This document shows, piece after piece, positions 40,401 through 51,686 of a DNA stretch of 64,000 nucleotides. Below the pieces are notes generated by a model. The model ran no database searches. It was given only the letters and a program-made list of their open reading frames with translations, and was not told the origin of the DNA. Source of the stretch: Pseudogymnoascus verrucosus (Eukaryota); the NCBI GenBank assembly GCA_001662655.1, contig KV460213.1; one strand, written 5' to 3'. The position numbers were made by a program, and so were the translations under genes. Positions within the stretch are counted from its first letter, which is position 1; each line of letters opens with the position of its first letter.

Positions 40401-41274
40401 CAACAACAGGCACCTCACTCCCCTCCTCCAAGCTCTCCAACACCACCTGCCCCTCACTCGCCGGCCCGACCGTCATCGCCGAAACCTCACTGTCACCCCT
40501 CTCATGCACCGGCCTCGCTCCATTCGCCACGGCTCCCATAATCCTCCTCACACTCTCCTCCGCCACCATTACCCACCCCCCTCCCTCTGTCTCCCCAGGG
40601 ACCTCTCTTTCCGCAGGGACCTCACGCTCAACGTCTGTCTCCGGAACCGTCTCCGGCACAACAGTCTCATCGACACCACTCCACCCCCTAGCCGGAACAG
40701 GAACCGCAGATCCCTTCGGCGGACTCTCCCACCCGAACCCCTCTTCTTCCACAATAGGAGTCGCGTTATAAGGATCCCAACTAGGCTGATACTTCCCAAT
40801 CGGCACAGGGGGCGCTATATCCCCCCCCTCCCCCGCAGCCAATTCAGCGACGCCGCCCTCGCGGGTCCGTGCACTCCCATCTTCAGTGGAGGTGGCGGCG
40901 GTTTCAGAGCCCCATCTTGCGTCCCGTAGCGTTGAGGAGGTGGGGAGGTTGAGTTCGAGGAAATTCTGAGCCTGCTCTACCACTCGTGCTACCGGCGCGA
41001 CAGCAGCAGGAGCGGTTTGACCAGCAGGAGCAAACATCTTCATCGCAGGCGTCTGCTCGCTAGACGTCGACTGCCGTCTAGTAGCGAGCAGGGAATCACT
41101 CGACTCCGAGCTTCGATTCTGGGTCGTCTGACCAAACGGCGCTGAGGGCTCCGCACCGCTGAATGTGGATGGACGAGCGGTGGAGGGGCTGGAGGAGAGG
41201 GAGAAGGCCCAGGAGGCCCGGCGGGAGGATTTGCCGGCTTTGGTTGTGTCGATGGTGGTGGGGCTGTTTGCGTC
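34498..41274 (-). CDS. Very large low-complexity (E/Q/P-rich) coding exon, probably the spliced 3' extension of the gene at 41881-45622
   Basis: Frame is open from 41274, directly after a CTAAC branch point and CCCTAG acceptor, to the stop at 34498. Contains LPPIRRSSTF, YALVRGEG and a terminal MSATSFPGDEWRP. Spans an N gap. Confidence 0.75.
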   Translation of the reverse strand, partial: DANSPTTIDTTKAGKSSRRASWAFSLSSSPSTARPSTFSGAEPSAPFGQTTQNRSSESSDSLLATRRQSTSSEQTPAMKMFAPAGQTAPAAVAPVARVVEQAQNFLELNLPTSSTLRDARWGSETAATSTEDGSARTREGGVAELAAGEGGDIAPPVPIGKYQPSWDPYNATPIVEEEGFGWESPPKGSAVPVPARGWSGVDETVVPETVPETDVEREVPAEREVPGETEGGGWVMVAEESVRRIMGAVANGARPVHERGDSEVSAMTVGPASEGQVVLESLEEGSEVPVVEEPAVEEPVVEEPVVQPEPVAEPVDEPVDEPIEEEQAVEDPVAQPVEEPIEEEQAFEEQAEEPVEEQAFEEPEPVLEEPAVEEPVLEEPEPEPALEEPAVDEQQVADEQAADEQAADEQAADEQQAADEPAVDEPAVDEPAVDEPAVDEQAXXXXXXXXXXXXXXXXXXXXAVDEQAVDEPVAEPVQEPVEEQTVEEQVIDVQQAFEEQAVEEPIVEERAVDEQAVDEPILEEQAVDEQAVEEPTVEEPTVEEPVVEEPIVEEPTIAETIITAILPHIATNGFTLKHFNSEIPATNNAEVSREQTYLSPVDTSIADNRRQAGPWSPGATVETPTSYAETPTGLTPSADQPSYAAAFSALPPIRRSSTFDYNSVTRLVKTLSNEAVEQDDVRSSGAVSPVSVTEEPREMIPEQPAAAIETAPPAEPTSQDRGSDETVRKETVRKEVVRKETQRYSFQDDFDEPEPEILSRPSTMIAPRNGDVLQVAPTPPRSVSPGGRPLVPPIITNQLTSEPQVGPGFVGQMLEAPGAQQFPPVQQQQRQEEEFSPVSEPQVQQVQQQQQHQQQHQQQYVPVQQAPVQQQQQYVPLQQGQYPPSAQGQFSPVQQQRQFSPVPQGQMAQGHQGQYLPMQVHQGQYPPMQQGQYPLGQQGQFAPVPQGQYPQQGQYTHPQQVQMHPGQQGQYPPQQGQYPPMQQGQFAPGQQGHPQGYMLVAPHGQVPQLQHGQVSQMPPQMLAQQQGAPRLPQERMPPMQQGQIPPARQGPRQSMPPSAHQRRSSSDAQPRMRPVSNSSQGVPMSAGGFLQQSTPQQFQQGQQQRTSIEAMRNRPPSLSGVSQPPKITPQYTENRQSMSRGSAIQIPPSSSERYPELFQPQQDKALPNEADRDVPPEYPSVERGHLPRQQATEYEIAGVGPPMDDPRNGSVRHSRKPSILKEIGGRLSRGSSLERNLSALEDDGTREMRGQLDSRRDSIASSDDMSLNDPEKPVERRRSRIIAALSPSARGPTPDIPPQSRESMVTHRPSQANLLANTPAPGSPLAPPEKRKTFFGRSDTGGLEKKEDKPRMFSRQSTLVTMDSTQPGKEKKNRFSAISSMFTGKKGDADRGRGSSRHGTYVPSILPGIMILVKNENERQILEQQGLVKRPHPQVQDQLPAQQQQVLVNPAALQRINTGEAPRQQQGQNIQGRPVHQQMTPIAQQPPPQQFQTIAPLSNRQDSILTIGSIGEPVEKQRTQPTGTPQQQMVPPVIAQGQVRGTPPQVNPNAQQPPQGNNKSMPPPPVFGSGRISEEPIDLHQRNINAAPHQQIQPMGIPGGQPTPPRMPNSQHQAPVASTTSRESTPRPTADAERRASVISGPDPEDRLRRRTTQPIETPPGQHPEDKSLIVNRPVVAQAQGQERASMIQQKVTPPSQIAYRPEDIHQLPFQQQQPPPIQRQQTFNTVPGQQHQGVYETPPMQHQQMYMNSQAQQQHPSQQQHAEQARQQYAQQMHAQQMHAQQQLAQQQQAQQQQMYMNQQQQQQQQMYTPPPMQQGFQQVPRVQSPAMSQHTSSPPPTAPAVAPVPAKAKKGLFSSLLGGRRSSAMADKSSNNQQAPPAQQTPPPQNYNIAPMGQQPLQQQQYYVTPPIPGAYALVRGEGTLAPTGYDPRGLNQPQPGPARSRLPPHMIEEYPGRPNAPAMNYASKWAAQDAAVQAALQAKKDEEWNTPPSVPFLSPEKTAARRLSSEDLLARSPARGQFGQQAPYQLRLPGDEEMKREKSRQAAEALRQAEDARIAAEAVMRAEAAGVVMPPTRENTLIAPAPPPKSVSPASAESRVKAQAQSQSPSPMPKGTDTGRVSAGTPPVVAGPQKPLERSDTITSAVSKMSSSGRGSPAVNAPGAAAAAAAAATVGATMGGGAVGERRMSRIMPDHEEKIYDDSREGMIVVEDATVRRVNGTMVGGVLHEEDEEGPKVKMSATSFPGDEWRPWIEEGEGL
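39600..40410 (-). repeat. 15-bp coding minisatellite encoding acidic pentapeptides (EQAVD/EPAVD/EPTVE/EPVVE)
   Basis: Tandem units such as GGCTGGCTCATCAAC and GGCTTGCTCATCGGC on the + strand, collapsing into an assembly gap. Confidence 0.9.
39889..39946. other. Assembly gap (58 N) inside the minisatellite
   Basis: Run of N. Confidence 1.
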
Positions 41275-41880
41275 CTAGGGAGAAGGGTTTATGTTAGAGA
41301 GAGTTCTTCTTTTCTACAAGTTCTTGTTTTGTGAGAGGGAGGGGATGTATGAGGAGGAGGAGGTAGGACAAGTTAAAAGGAAACACGTTGTGAAGTATTT
41401 TGGGGGAAGCAGCCAGAGATTTGTCATCTCTCGTTGTTTGTCAGGAAAAAGTAGTGGTTCTCCATTCCATAATCATACAAAAAGTCCCCCCTTTCCCCTC
41501 CCGCTAAGCAGGTAAAACGGGTTCCTTTCATTTTCTTCCGCTTCCATCAAAGTAATAAATCATCTCTTCATCGCCTAGCAAGAGGCATTATAAAAATGAG
41601 AAAAAAAAACATGGCCCCGGATTAGCGCGGGGCCTGGATAAGATTTATACGGCCCCAACAAGTAACCCGAAATTTAGGCCCTTTTCTTTCAGATAATAAA
41701 ATCCTCCCAGATTGTTTGTGATAACATAATAAAGTTATGTGCCCACAAAAAAAATGTTTATAAAAGAAGTGAAGAAAAGAAACGCAACAAAAAACAAGTA
41801 AAGCAAATTGTGTCTTTGCGCCGCCCTCGCCCAGTTGCGGTTTCCGGCTCGTGAATTGTGTGTGTGAAGTCAAGGAGAGA

Positions 41881-44800
41881 TCAGTCTACCTTATCTCCCG
41901 AACCCTTGAACCTGCTCTTCCCCTTCGCCAGCAGTCCCTTGCCCGCCTTGCTCGCCCTCCCCCCAAAGATGCCCGCCGTGTGGAGCAGCTCCTTCGACTT
42001 CGCCTGCACCTGCTGCACCTGCTGTGTCGTCTTGCTGCTGGCCGACCCAAAGCCCTGCGTCCCCGTCGTGGGTGTGCCGCCGCTGTAGCGCGCTTGCGGT
42101 GGAGGGGATGCGGTGGGCGTGCTGGCGTTTAGGTATTGTTGGTAGTATGGCTGTGGTTGGGGCGCGAGGATGTTACCGGACTTTGGACGTTGTGCCTGGG
42201 CACCTGCTCCGGCACCTGCGGAGGCGAGTGGGTTTTGGAGATGGGGTAGGGCGGTGGTGGCGTGCATCCAGTTTGCTAGCCCGGAGTCCATGGTTGCGAA
42301 TTGTTGGCGGCTCTCGTTGTAAGCGTTGATGCGCTGCTGTGGGCTATTCAGAGACATGATCTCTTTGAATGGCTTGGGCATTGTGGGGTCCACGGGGATC
42401 TGGGGACGAGGCACATCGTTCTGCTGGAGCGATTGTCGCGGTCCATCTTGTGGAGGCGGACTTGTTTGAGGCCCGCCGATGTCTAGCATAGAGTTGATCT
42501 GCTGTGACTGAGACCTGACAGGCTCAACCTTGGCAGACATCGGAGATACGGTGTCGGTTCCCTCTGTAGACATAGCCTTGCTATACGGAAGTGGCGCCTG
42601 GGAAGAAGAACCAACATCCTCTGAATCAGCAGACACAGGTCGAATGGTACTAACAGCAGGGGCAACCACCGCAGCAGCTACGACAGCTCCGGCAACGATG
42701 CCTTCCGAACCGACACTATCCTTGTGGTCCTCTGGCTGAGCACCAGACGCATGAGGACTACGAAGAGATAGCGGCGCAGGAGACGCAGAATCCGAACGAG
42801 CTACAGTAGCCCCCGGAACTGAAACCTGCTCAGCCTCTAGTTCAGCAACGATAGGCTGAGGAGACACAATCACAGGTGGTGACTGGCTATCCTCAGGCAC
42901 AGTCGTCACTTGCTCTGGCAGCGCCGCCTCCCATGAGAATTTACGCTCCAATGTATGCTGGGTTGGTTCAACAGGAAGCATTGACGCGCGTTTTGGGCTC
43001 AAAGGAGCAATTGCTGGGATGTCCTCAGACTCTTCGACATTGTGGAGCCCGGTGGAAGCTATATAGCTCGAAGCAGCTGCATCCGAAACTGGCGCAGTCT
43101 GCTCTTGGGTCTGAGACTCTACCTGCGCATCCTCCTCCGTCTCTGCCCAATAGTTGTCATACTCGCTCGGCAAATACATGCTATCACGAGGCGCACTCGG
43201 TGCTGGAAGACCCAGAGTCGACTGCCTTGCTGCAGCGTTTGGTGGCGGAACCCAGTCCTGATCTGCGATAGAAGTTGAATCGCGCGGACTCAAGCTCCTC
43301 ACGATCTCCTTGCGTAGCCTGTCAGTCTCGTCGTCTGTCGGGCTGGCGTTGGTGCTCAACGTTGGAAGCTTCATTAGAGGGTTCTGGGTCTCTGAATCAT
43401 CCTTTGGAGCAGATTCATGCAGATCCTCAGCCTTACTAGTTGTAAGCGGTGGTAGAGTCACATCATCCTTAAGAGGTGGGGATGGTGCTGCACCGGAGGT
43501 TGCGAGAGGCTGCGGCGATGTAGCTGTCTCAGGGGACTGGGACGGTTCGACAGGAGTCGGGTCTTCATCAATATCCTTGTTTTGTGTAACTTCACCAGCA
43601 GCTGACTCAGCGGTTGTGGAGTACGAGTTCCAAGCACCAGGCAGGTCTGGCCGCGAAAGTCGCGAAACCGCTGTCGGAAGTATCGGACGAGTCTCATCAG
43701 CGACTTGTGCCACCTCCCCTGACTGGGGAGCCAAGGTGGCAGTTTCCAAGTGTGGTGACCTCGCGGGACTATTCCCATTGCTGGGTGCGCTCAGGTCCCG
43801 ACGGTGACCCATGTGGAACGGCGTCTGGTTAGGTTCCTCTGCCACAATGGCGGAAGCTCTCCGAGAGTCCGGTTCCTTCTCTTCGGCAATTACCGGAGTC
43901 AAGTTATCTTTTGGCTCCTGCGTTCGTCCGCGAGAGTCGGGGTTTGCGCCACTGGACACTCGGCTCATTATTGGGCTAATACCGGCAGTGCCAGTGCTGT
44001 CGCTATCAGTGCGTCGAACGTTGCTTGTGCCCTGCGAAGTAGGTGTTTCGGGTATCGAATCAGTCCTATCGAACGCCTGGTGCACAACTGACGTGAATCC
44101 TAGAGATTCCTGCCTTTGGAGAGGTTGTTCACCGGCATTTGGCACCTGTCGCTCGGCAACGGGAGAGTTTGCAACATTTGCGTCGGGCGCTGACTGGGAC
44201 CACATATCAAAGCCGAAACCAGACATCCTGTGTAGGTCTGGTAACTTCGGGCTCATAGAATAGCGCCTCTTTGCGTCAGCGTCAGATGCAGCCTCGGGAT
44301 CGGCCTGTTGCGCAGGCTCCTGTATTTGTGGCTGATATTGCTGAACCGGGGCTTCTTGCTTCTGCACTTCTTGCTGAAGCTTCTGAGCGGCCTCCGGCGA
44401 CTTTGCAGCCATGTCGTCGAACCCATATTCGCTTTTCCTTTCTTGCACAGACTCGAGCATTGGCGCCTGCCTCCGTCCATAGTCATGTGCCTCCTCTTCA
44501 TATGTATCGGCTTGCCTTCCGTAATCAGGTACATCTTCTTCGTATGTATCGTATCCGCCCCTGTTATAATTGGTAGGTTCAACGGGTGCTGGAATCACAG
44601 GTTCTGCAGCCTGGAAGGGCAATGCTGGTGAAGACTGTGTATCGGGATTTGTAGCCGCTGCTGAGTCTATACTAGAATCACCGGAAGCCTTTCTTTGTCG
44701 TTCCTCCTCAAGACGTTTATAGATGTCTGCAGGTCGAATGAAAGGGAGGGCTTTCGCAACCGACGCGGCAGGAGCAGGAGCTGGGGCTGCTGCAGCCGAG

Positions 44801-45622
44801 GAATCCGGCACCGTTGCTTGGTTTAAGGTGGTGTTTCGTGGAGAGAATTGAGCGGGTGGAGATGCTACATTCACAGGTGGTGAGTCTGACCGACTCAAAG
44901 GGGACGCAGCTCTCGCTTGAGGGGATAACGCGGCGGACCTCAAGGGCGAGGTAACGTCGTGTGTGGGATAGTTGTTATGCGCATCGCCAGACGCGGATCG
45001 CGCGTCCGATGCAGTATGAGCAGACGACCTGCTCGACTCCGCGTATGATGACCGCGCCGAACTCTCAGTGCCTGGAGGAGGGAGTTGCTTGCGCTGACTT
45101 GCAAGGCGCAGTGGAGGGCTCGGAGTCGCAGCTGCGACGGCCACCGGATTGCTCGGTAAAGCGTCTTGTTGCGACGGTCCGCTCGAGAAAGCTCGGCGCT
45201 CGTCATCCCTCGAGAAGGAGCTCTGGCGAAGCAAGGGCGGGTTTGTGGAGCTCCTGTCTTGCGCGTCCTTTGGCAGATGCGGGAGCTCGCCATATGTCTT
45301 CTTAATGCCGACGTCGTTCCGCACACCCTGTCCCGGCTGCCGTAAACCCGTTACTTTGGGCACCGGGGGAGGAGGGGGAGCGTCGCCGTAGCCGTCATCG
45401 TAGTCGTCCCCCCAGTCGTCGCCACCGTAGTTACCGGGCTTCGCGTCTACCCACTTCTTCGTCTTCTGCCGGTTGACGTTCGCCTGGTAGGAGACGGGAG
45501 CTGGAGCAGCGGCCGCGCGTGAAGGTCTGTCTTTTCGTCAGTTCCTGGAGCATCCGGGGCCGTTCGGGGGGAGAGGGAACCTACAACGGCGAGTCGAAGG
45601 TATCAGGGTATGGCTTCGACAT
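41881..45622 (-). CDS. Uncharacterised S/P/Q-rich fungal protein (short isoform about 1227 aa)
   Basis: Exon 1 45585-45622 (MSKPYPDTFDSP), intron 45527-45584, exon 2 to 41881. Motif islands YQANVNRQKTKKWVDAK..YGGDDWG, FIRPADIYKR, DRLRKEIVRSL, RINAYNESRQQFA, KGLLAKGKSRF. Confidence 0.8.
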
Positions 45623-47028
45623 AGCTGTGTGTCTGCCTTGCGGCCAGTGTAAACTGTTACGGCCCTCAGAGTGCCAGTTCCGTCATGTATGCGATTCACT
45701 GAGGAGTAAAGAGCGAAAGTTTACAATCCCAAGGAGGTTGTTTTTTTGATGAGAAATGGTGATCGAAGGCCACGCAATAAGGTCAGGTTCAGGTTCGAAG
45801 GAACGCGATACGGCTGAAAACTAGTCCCAAGTATTTCCAGGGTACAGCAGTTACTGTAGTAGGCTAATGAGGGTCGGTCGGGGTTCGGTGGAGGGTGGTT
45901 GGTGGGTAGTGGGATGGTGGGATTGGGTGGATTTTCGGTGGATTGGATGACAGTTTAGCGGGCGAGCTGTGGCTGGGTAAGGCTATGTTAAGGTACAGTA
46001 ACTTGAAGCAGCGCCAGGAGAAATGTGGAGATTTGAGAAGAGATGATGAGGAAAGGTGAGAATAAGATGGATGATGGATATAGAGGAATATAAATTGTGA
46101 ATTGTATAGAATTAAAAGAATAAAAGAATAAAAGGAATAATGGAATAAATAGAATTGCAGTATTCGTATTCTAGTATCATCTAGGGAACACAACAGTGTG
46201 TTAGGACGGTACTCTATATTTACACACACAACATACAACAGGATTCACGTGGGGAAGGGGAGAGTCGTGTCGTCGTCGTTAATGTGGAGCAAGTGGGAAA
46301 GTACATATAATATGTATGTGCGTAACGTCGAGCCTAGAAGTATCTTTTCTATAACGAGAACAAGGAGAGATGTCTTGTCTTACATGCCGGTATTCGTGTT
46401 CAATTCATTATTCGAGATACTTGCCACCCCCCCCAAATTACTACTAGACACACTTGTACCCCTAAATTACAATTTTCATTCCTCTTATTCCTTTATTACG
46501 TCCGTCTTTCTCCACCCAATCAGCCCTGGCCTGCACGTGGTAATTTCCTAAAATCTACGGCAACCCGTACGTACCTCTTCTACATGCACACCTTTCTCGT
46601 GCTAAGCCACAAAAGGACACGGCCGTTTTTTGCGAACAGCGCCCAGAGGTACGGGGGTACATAGGGGGATAAGGGATAGGATAGAGATCGCCACAGGCCA
46701 AATTTACAGCCGCCTTCAAGAGAGATACGGGAGAGCTATCGCTATAATCGCAAGAAAAGAAGGAGCAAATTTCATTACCTCCACGACGTACATACTACCA
46801 CCACCACCACATATGCCATACACACACTGAGGACAGACAAGAATACCACCTCCCAGCAACAGCAGCTATCCCCCATCCCTCCGCGCTGCCGTGACACATC
46901 AACCAATCACTCGCCGGCCGGCCAGAGGCCACGAACGCCATTGAGGCCAGCCAGTCTCCAAACCTCACCTCGGCCACAGCACACTACACTCTACGCCTCC
47001 CTCCTCCACCTCACCCCACACGTCCACC

Positions 47029-48249
47029 ATGGCCGTCTCAACCTCCATCCAAGACCGCACGTCGGAATTCCACTCGGTCCTCACGCAGGTCCAGAAGCAG
47101 CGGCACTCGAACAAGATAGGCGCGCAGCGGCAGTCGCTGCTCAGCAACGCCCAGAAAGCCGATAATGCGCCTGCGAGCGCGGAGAAGCCAAGGCGATCGG
47201 AGTTTGCAAGGCGTGCGGCGGAGATCGGGCGTGGGATCTCGGGGACGATGGCGAAGCTTGAGAAACTCGCTCAGCGTGCGTATTCCCCCCCTTCCCCCTT
47301 CACCCCTCTCTCCCTGCCGAATTTAATCCAAGACGGAAACCAAGTCGAGAGAGAACCCCCAAGCTAACACCCCAGCAGTCGCAAAGCGCAAAACCCTCTT
47401 CGACGACCGGCCCCTCGAAATCAACGAGCTAACCTACATAATCAAACAAGACCTCTCCTCGCTCAACACCCAAATCTCCTCCCTCCAAACCCTCACCCGC
47501 GTGCAAAACCCCTCCGCCGCGCCCCAACAAACCGAGCACGCCAAGAACGTCGTCTTCCTGCTGCAGGGAAAACTCACCGACGTATCCGCCAACTTCAAAG
47601 ACGTGCTAGAACTCCGCACCCAGAACATCCGCGCCTCAAGATCCAGGACTGAGAATTTCGTGTCAGCGGTTTCCTCGCATGCCTTGCCGACGGAGGGACA
47701 ATCCGCATCCCCCCTCTACTCCACCCCCGCGCGCGGCTCCCCGGCACCCCCCTACAACCCCGCCCTAGGAGGCGGCAGCGGCTCGCAAGACCTCCTCACC
47801 CTCAACCCAGTAGGCGACCAACAGCTCCTCATGATGGAAGAAGCGCAGCCGCAGCACGCGTACATCCAGCAGCGCGGGGAAGCGATCGAGGCGATCGAGC
47901 GGACGATTTCGGAATTAGGAGGGATTTTTGGGCAGTTGGCCGGGATGGTGAGCGAGCAGAGCGAGATGATTCAGAGGATCGATGCGAATACGGAGGATGT
48001 GGTGGATAATGTGCAGGGGGCGCAGAGGGAGTTGTTGAAGTATTGGGGGAGGGTTAGTGGGAATCGGTGGTTGGTGGCGCAGATGTTTGGGGTGTTGATG
48101 GTTTTCTTTTTGTGAGTCTCACAACCCCCCTTTTTTGGCTCCTACGAGTTATTCCGGGTACCACCTGTGGTGCTGAGTGCTTCGGCAATCCTCCCAAAAC
48201 GCGCAAAGGACTAACAAGAATCAGATTATGGGTCCTGGTAGCCGGCTAG
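47029..48249 (+). CDS. SED5: cis-Golgi t-SNARE syntaxin Sed5
   Basis: IQDRTSEF N-peptide, AKRKTLFDDRPLEINELT, SNARE motif IERTISELGGIFGQLAGMVSEQSEMIQRID, C-terminal TM; introns 47276-47378 and 48112-48224. Confidence 0.95.
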
Positions 48250-49294
48250 CCATCTCCCCTTACAAACACAACGACACGACGTCTCCCCAATTTCCTTATT
48301 CCCCCATTTCCGTCCAATTTTCCCTTAATCCGGCGCAGAGAAATAAATCAGGGGCACCACAGCAGCAACAGCATGTATGAATGAGTGAGTGGGCAAAGGA
48401 GATAGACCTTGTTTCGTCCTGAGGCGCAGAGTAGAGAGAGAGAGAGAGAGCATTTGTTTTGTGGCGGTACTGTAATAACAGCGAGAAAGACGCGATCGAA
48501 TACCATAGAGAGATGGATGGGGGAGGAGTAGTGATTCATAGGTGTGAATACTACATACATTAATAACTGTTCATTGATCTGTTCGATATACTACGTTTTC
48601 TATATGTTGGTGTTTGAGAGTGAGTAGATGATGTGCATAGTGAACCGCTATAGTGTGTTTTGTATTTTGGTGGGTAGGATTTTTATTTTATCGTTTTATT
48701 ATTGGACTTCAATATTTCCTGGCGTTATTATCCGACTCCTGCGTGAAAGCGTACCAGTTGCTGGAAACTTACCCTATTCTATCCAGTACTTGTTCTTGCT
48801 CCCCTTTCTGATAGCGACTGTAAGAAGGTTCTATCCTATCGCGTACTGCCCCCTTCACTACAGCTCGGGTCGTGACGTTTTATCCACGCCCAAAAATCAT
48901 CGTGGGAATATGGGATACGAGCTCTTTTCTCACATCATTCTTGTATTCATGCCTTTACTATTTCCTAGTGCCATATCGAGTTAGTCGGTGCAAGTGTGCC
49001 AGCCCACTCTCCTATTTTCTATATAACAATTAAGGTGCTTATTACACCACTTTATTCTACATACGTGCCTGCCTAAATTATAGCTATAGCTATAAGCTAA
49101 GAAAAAAAATCTACTAGTAAACTATAAACTTTTAACTTTAGTAGATACTAAGTTATGAGATAAGTAATCCTAACGCATACTGTTCTTGGACACCCTTCCG
49201 ATAGCGACTGTGCGTCGGTTTCGTACCACGAAAATGTACGCTGTTTCTCACCTTATTATCTATTGCTAGTGGTATTTTCATAATTATCTACACG

Positions 49295-50862
49295 TTACAT
49301 TACTATAACCTCATTGATAAACATATCTCCATCCTTGGGCGTCTCTCCCTCAGGCAAACTAAACCCCCAAGCCTCAGCGACCTCCTTACTAAAGCCAAAG
49401 GCCCCGGTGCTATACGAGGCCACCATATTCCTCTTTTTCTCCCTGTTAAAATAGTACAAGAATATATGTTTACCAAAATCGATACTTAGCCTCAAATCTA
49501 TATATTTTAGGCGCGGCATGTGCTGTTTTGCCCTCCCAGCTGCGGCGAAGAGCTCGTTGAGAGGCTCGGCTGAGGGGACGTAGGTACAATCTTTGTAGTC
49601 GTTGGGGTCGTTGGAGTAGTAGGAGTCGTCTTGTGTTACTACTTCTGGGGGCGCGCGGTTGGCGAACCATTGGCCTGGGTTGGTTAGCTGACCATTCGTT
49701 CCGTTGTAGCTTAGGGGGTTCACCGGTCGACGAGATCTCGGGGTAGCTGATTTTTATTTCTTCCAGACTGGACCAGTCGGGATAAGAACCATCGCCATTA
49801 CCTGCGAAGACCGCGGATGATATTCGAAGCCCGGAAAGTTTGAGTTTTCGGAGCTGACCTGACAGAATTCGTATGCTGATGCAGAGGTGGTCGCGCTGAG
49901 GGTCAACAAGCAACGAGTCCGAAGTCAGCGGCTCGGAAAAATCGGACAGGAAATCTAGGTTGAATACACTGAGCGATCGTGGTAGCAGTTGCAGACTCTG
50001 AGCTAGAGCTGAGGAGGAAGTTAGGGCTGGAAAACTTCATATAACTATAGTCTTTGAGAGACAGGTACAAACCTTTCCGATATTCACAAGTGAGGTCTGG
50101 ATTCTCCATCTCGTCAAAAACATACCCATCGAGGCAATCTAGACACTTCATCCGGGAGAGAACCCGCATCAGACTCTCAGGGTGGATGCCATGACCTTCG
50201 CATACTGTCACCGAGGACACGAGACTGAGCTCTGGCAGCAGCTTCTCGTCGCCGATATATTGCACATCAGGCCGGGGGCCGTAGCGGAGCTCCAATTCAT
50301 ATTCTTGCCAGGGATCCACTACTGGCGCATCCGGCAGCGCATCCGCCGGCCTGGGTGAAATTGAAATTCTCCGTGATGGATGAGGCATGGTTGGCACACC
50401 TCTATCCAATCCCCTTGCCAGAAAGAGACACAGCTGGTGTTTCTCTGCTGCCACGCGCTCACTCCCGCCTAATCTATCCTCCCAGCCCTTGAGTAAACCA
50501 AATAGAGCACGCATATCCCCGGAAAATAACCCATTTGCCAGCTGTTCCTGCTCTCTCCGCCAGCTAAGATTTGTAGGACTCCGGAGGCCCATTCGATCAA
50601 GAAGATAGTTGAATTCTAGCGCCCGTATTGAACGAATGCGACGATCACCTGTTGCGCCGCTGAGAAGAGGTATGAGCTCGGGGAGAGTGTCTGCGTCGAT
50701 TTTTATGCGACTGAATGTCTCGTGCTCGATTACGCTCTGCCATGTCCTGTTGATTGTCGCATAGGGCGAGAGGTTTGATCTCCATCGACCATAGTGTGCC
50801 TTTTCGAGTGCCTTTAGATGCGATATTATCTCATATATAATCTCTGCTGGTAGACGATCCAT
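49295..50862 (-). CDS. F-box domain protein (fungal lineage-expanded family)
   Basis: N-terminal MDRLPAEIIYEIISHL...LSPYATINRTWQSVIEHETFSRI; introns at about 50010-50072 and 49676-49723 join the three ORF pieces (...STG|QWF...AAGRAKQHMPRL). Confidence 0.72.
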
Positions 50863-51686
50863 TGTGCTAGCCACGTCGCCGTTGAAGGCCTACCAAGCTA
50901 CCTCCGAAGTTGTTGAATCCTAGGCGTGACTTCCTGAGCAAGAACCAACTTGTTTAATCCTCCGGAACTGGAGTATCTATCTATACTGCTGCTCCTGGAA
51001 GTTGATCTATGCACGTAAATGTTATATGCACCCACGAATGGTTTTAGGGAGTCGTTTCCTAATCCCTGCCTAGCTGACAACGCTATGGCTCCAATGAGGG
51101 GCGGGTCGATAGCGATGTTATAAGCTTAAATTACATGTACCAGTGAGACAAGAAATGGCGGGAACAACCCCACGATTTGTGGCCATGTGCCATCACGTCC
51201 CCCATAATACATAAGATCAGACAAGGCAAGTCACAACATCACATCAATCACAATCAAAATTAAAGCAAGGGGTATCGCAGAACAAACTTTTTAATTCCCC
51301 CTCATACCAACCTAGCTAACCCGCCCTCTCCCCCGTCCCCACCCCACAAAGAAACATAACCACAAAGCATACACCCTCCCGATCTCCCGTCTATCCAGAC
51401 CAACCGAGAATCGGGCATTCCCAGATAACACCTTCCCTGCGCGGCGGTGACCTATCCAGCGAAACTATCCGAGCAAGAGCCTGGCTGTCCCCGCAGGAGA
51501 AAAACGAGGAAAAAGAGAGCGAGAAAGACAAGGAAGAAAGAACAAGTCGGGGCACTAGCCATCATCTATCTCATCTAACCCCGCAATCGCAAGGTGCGTC
51601 ATTGGTATCGTACAAGTTCCATTTGCGTCAGCCGACGAGCAGATTGAGGGATCGAATGCTGGTCGGCGGAGGGCGAGGCGAGGTGC

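Noticed and set aside
39512..40929. Long + strand ORFs with LLINGW/LFDGL or SSTACSS repeats
   Set aside because: Antisense shadows of the acidic minisatellite in the minus-strand gene.
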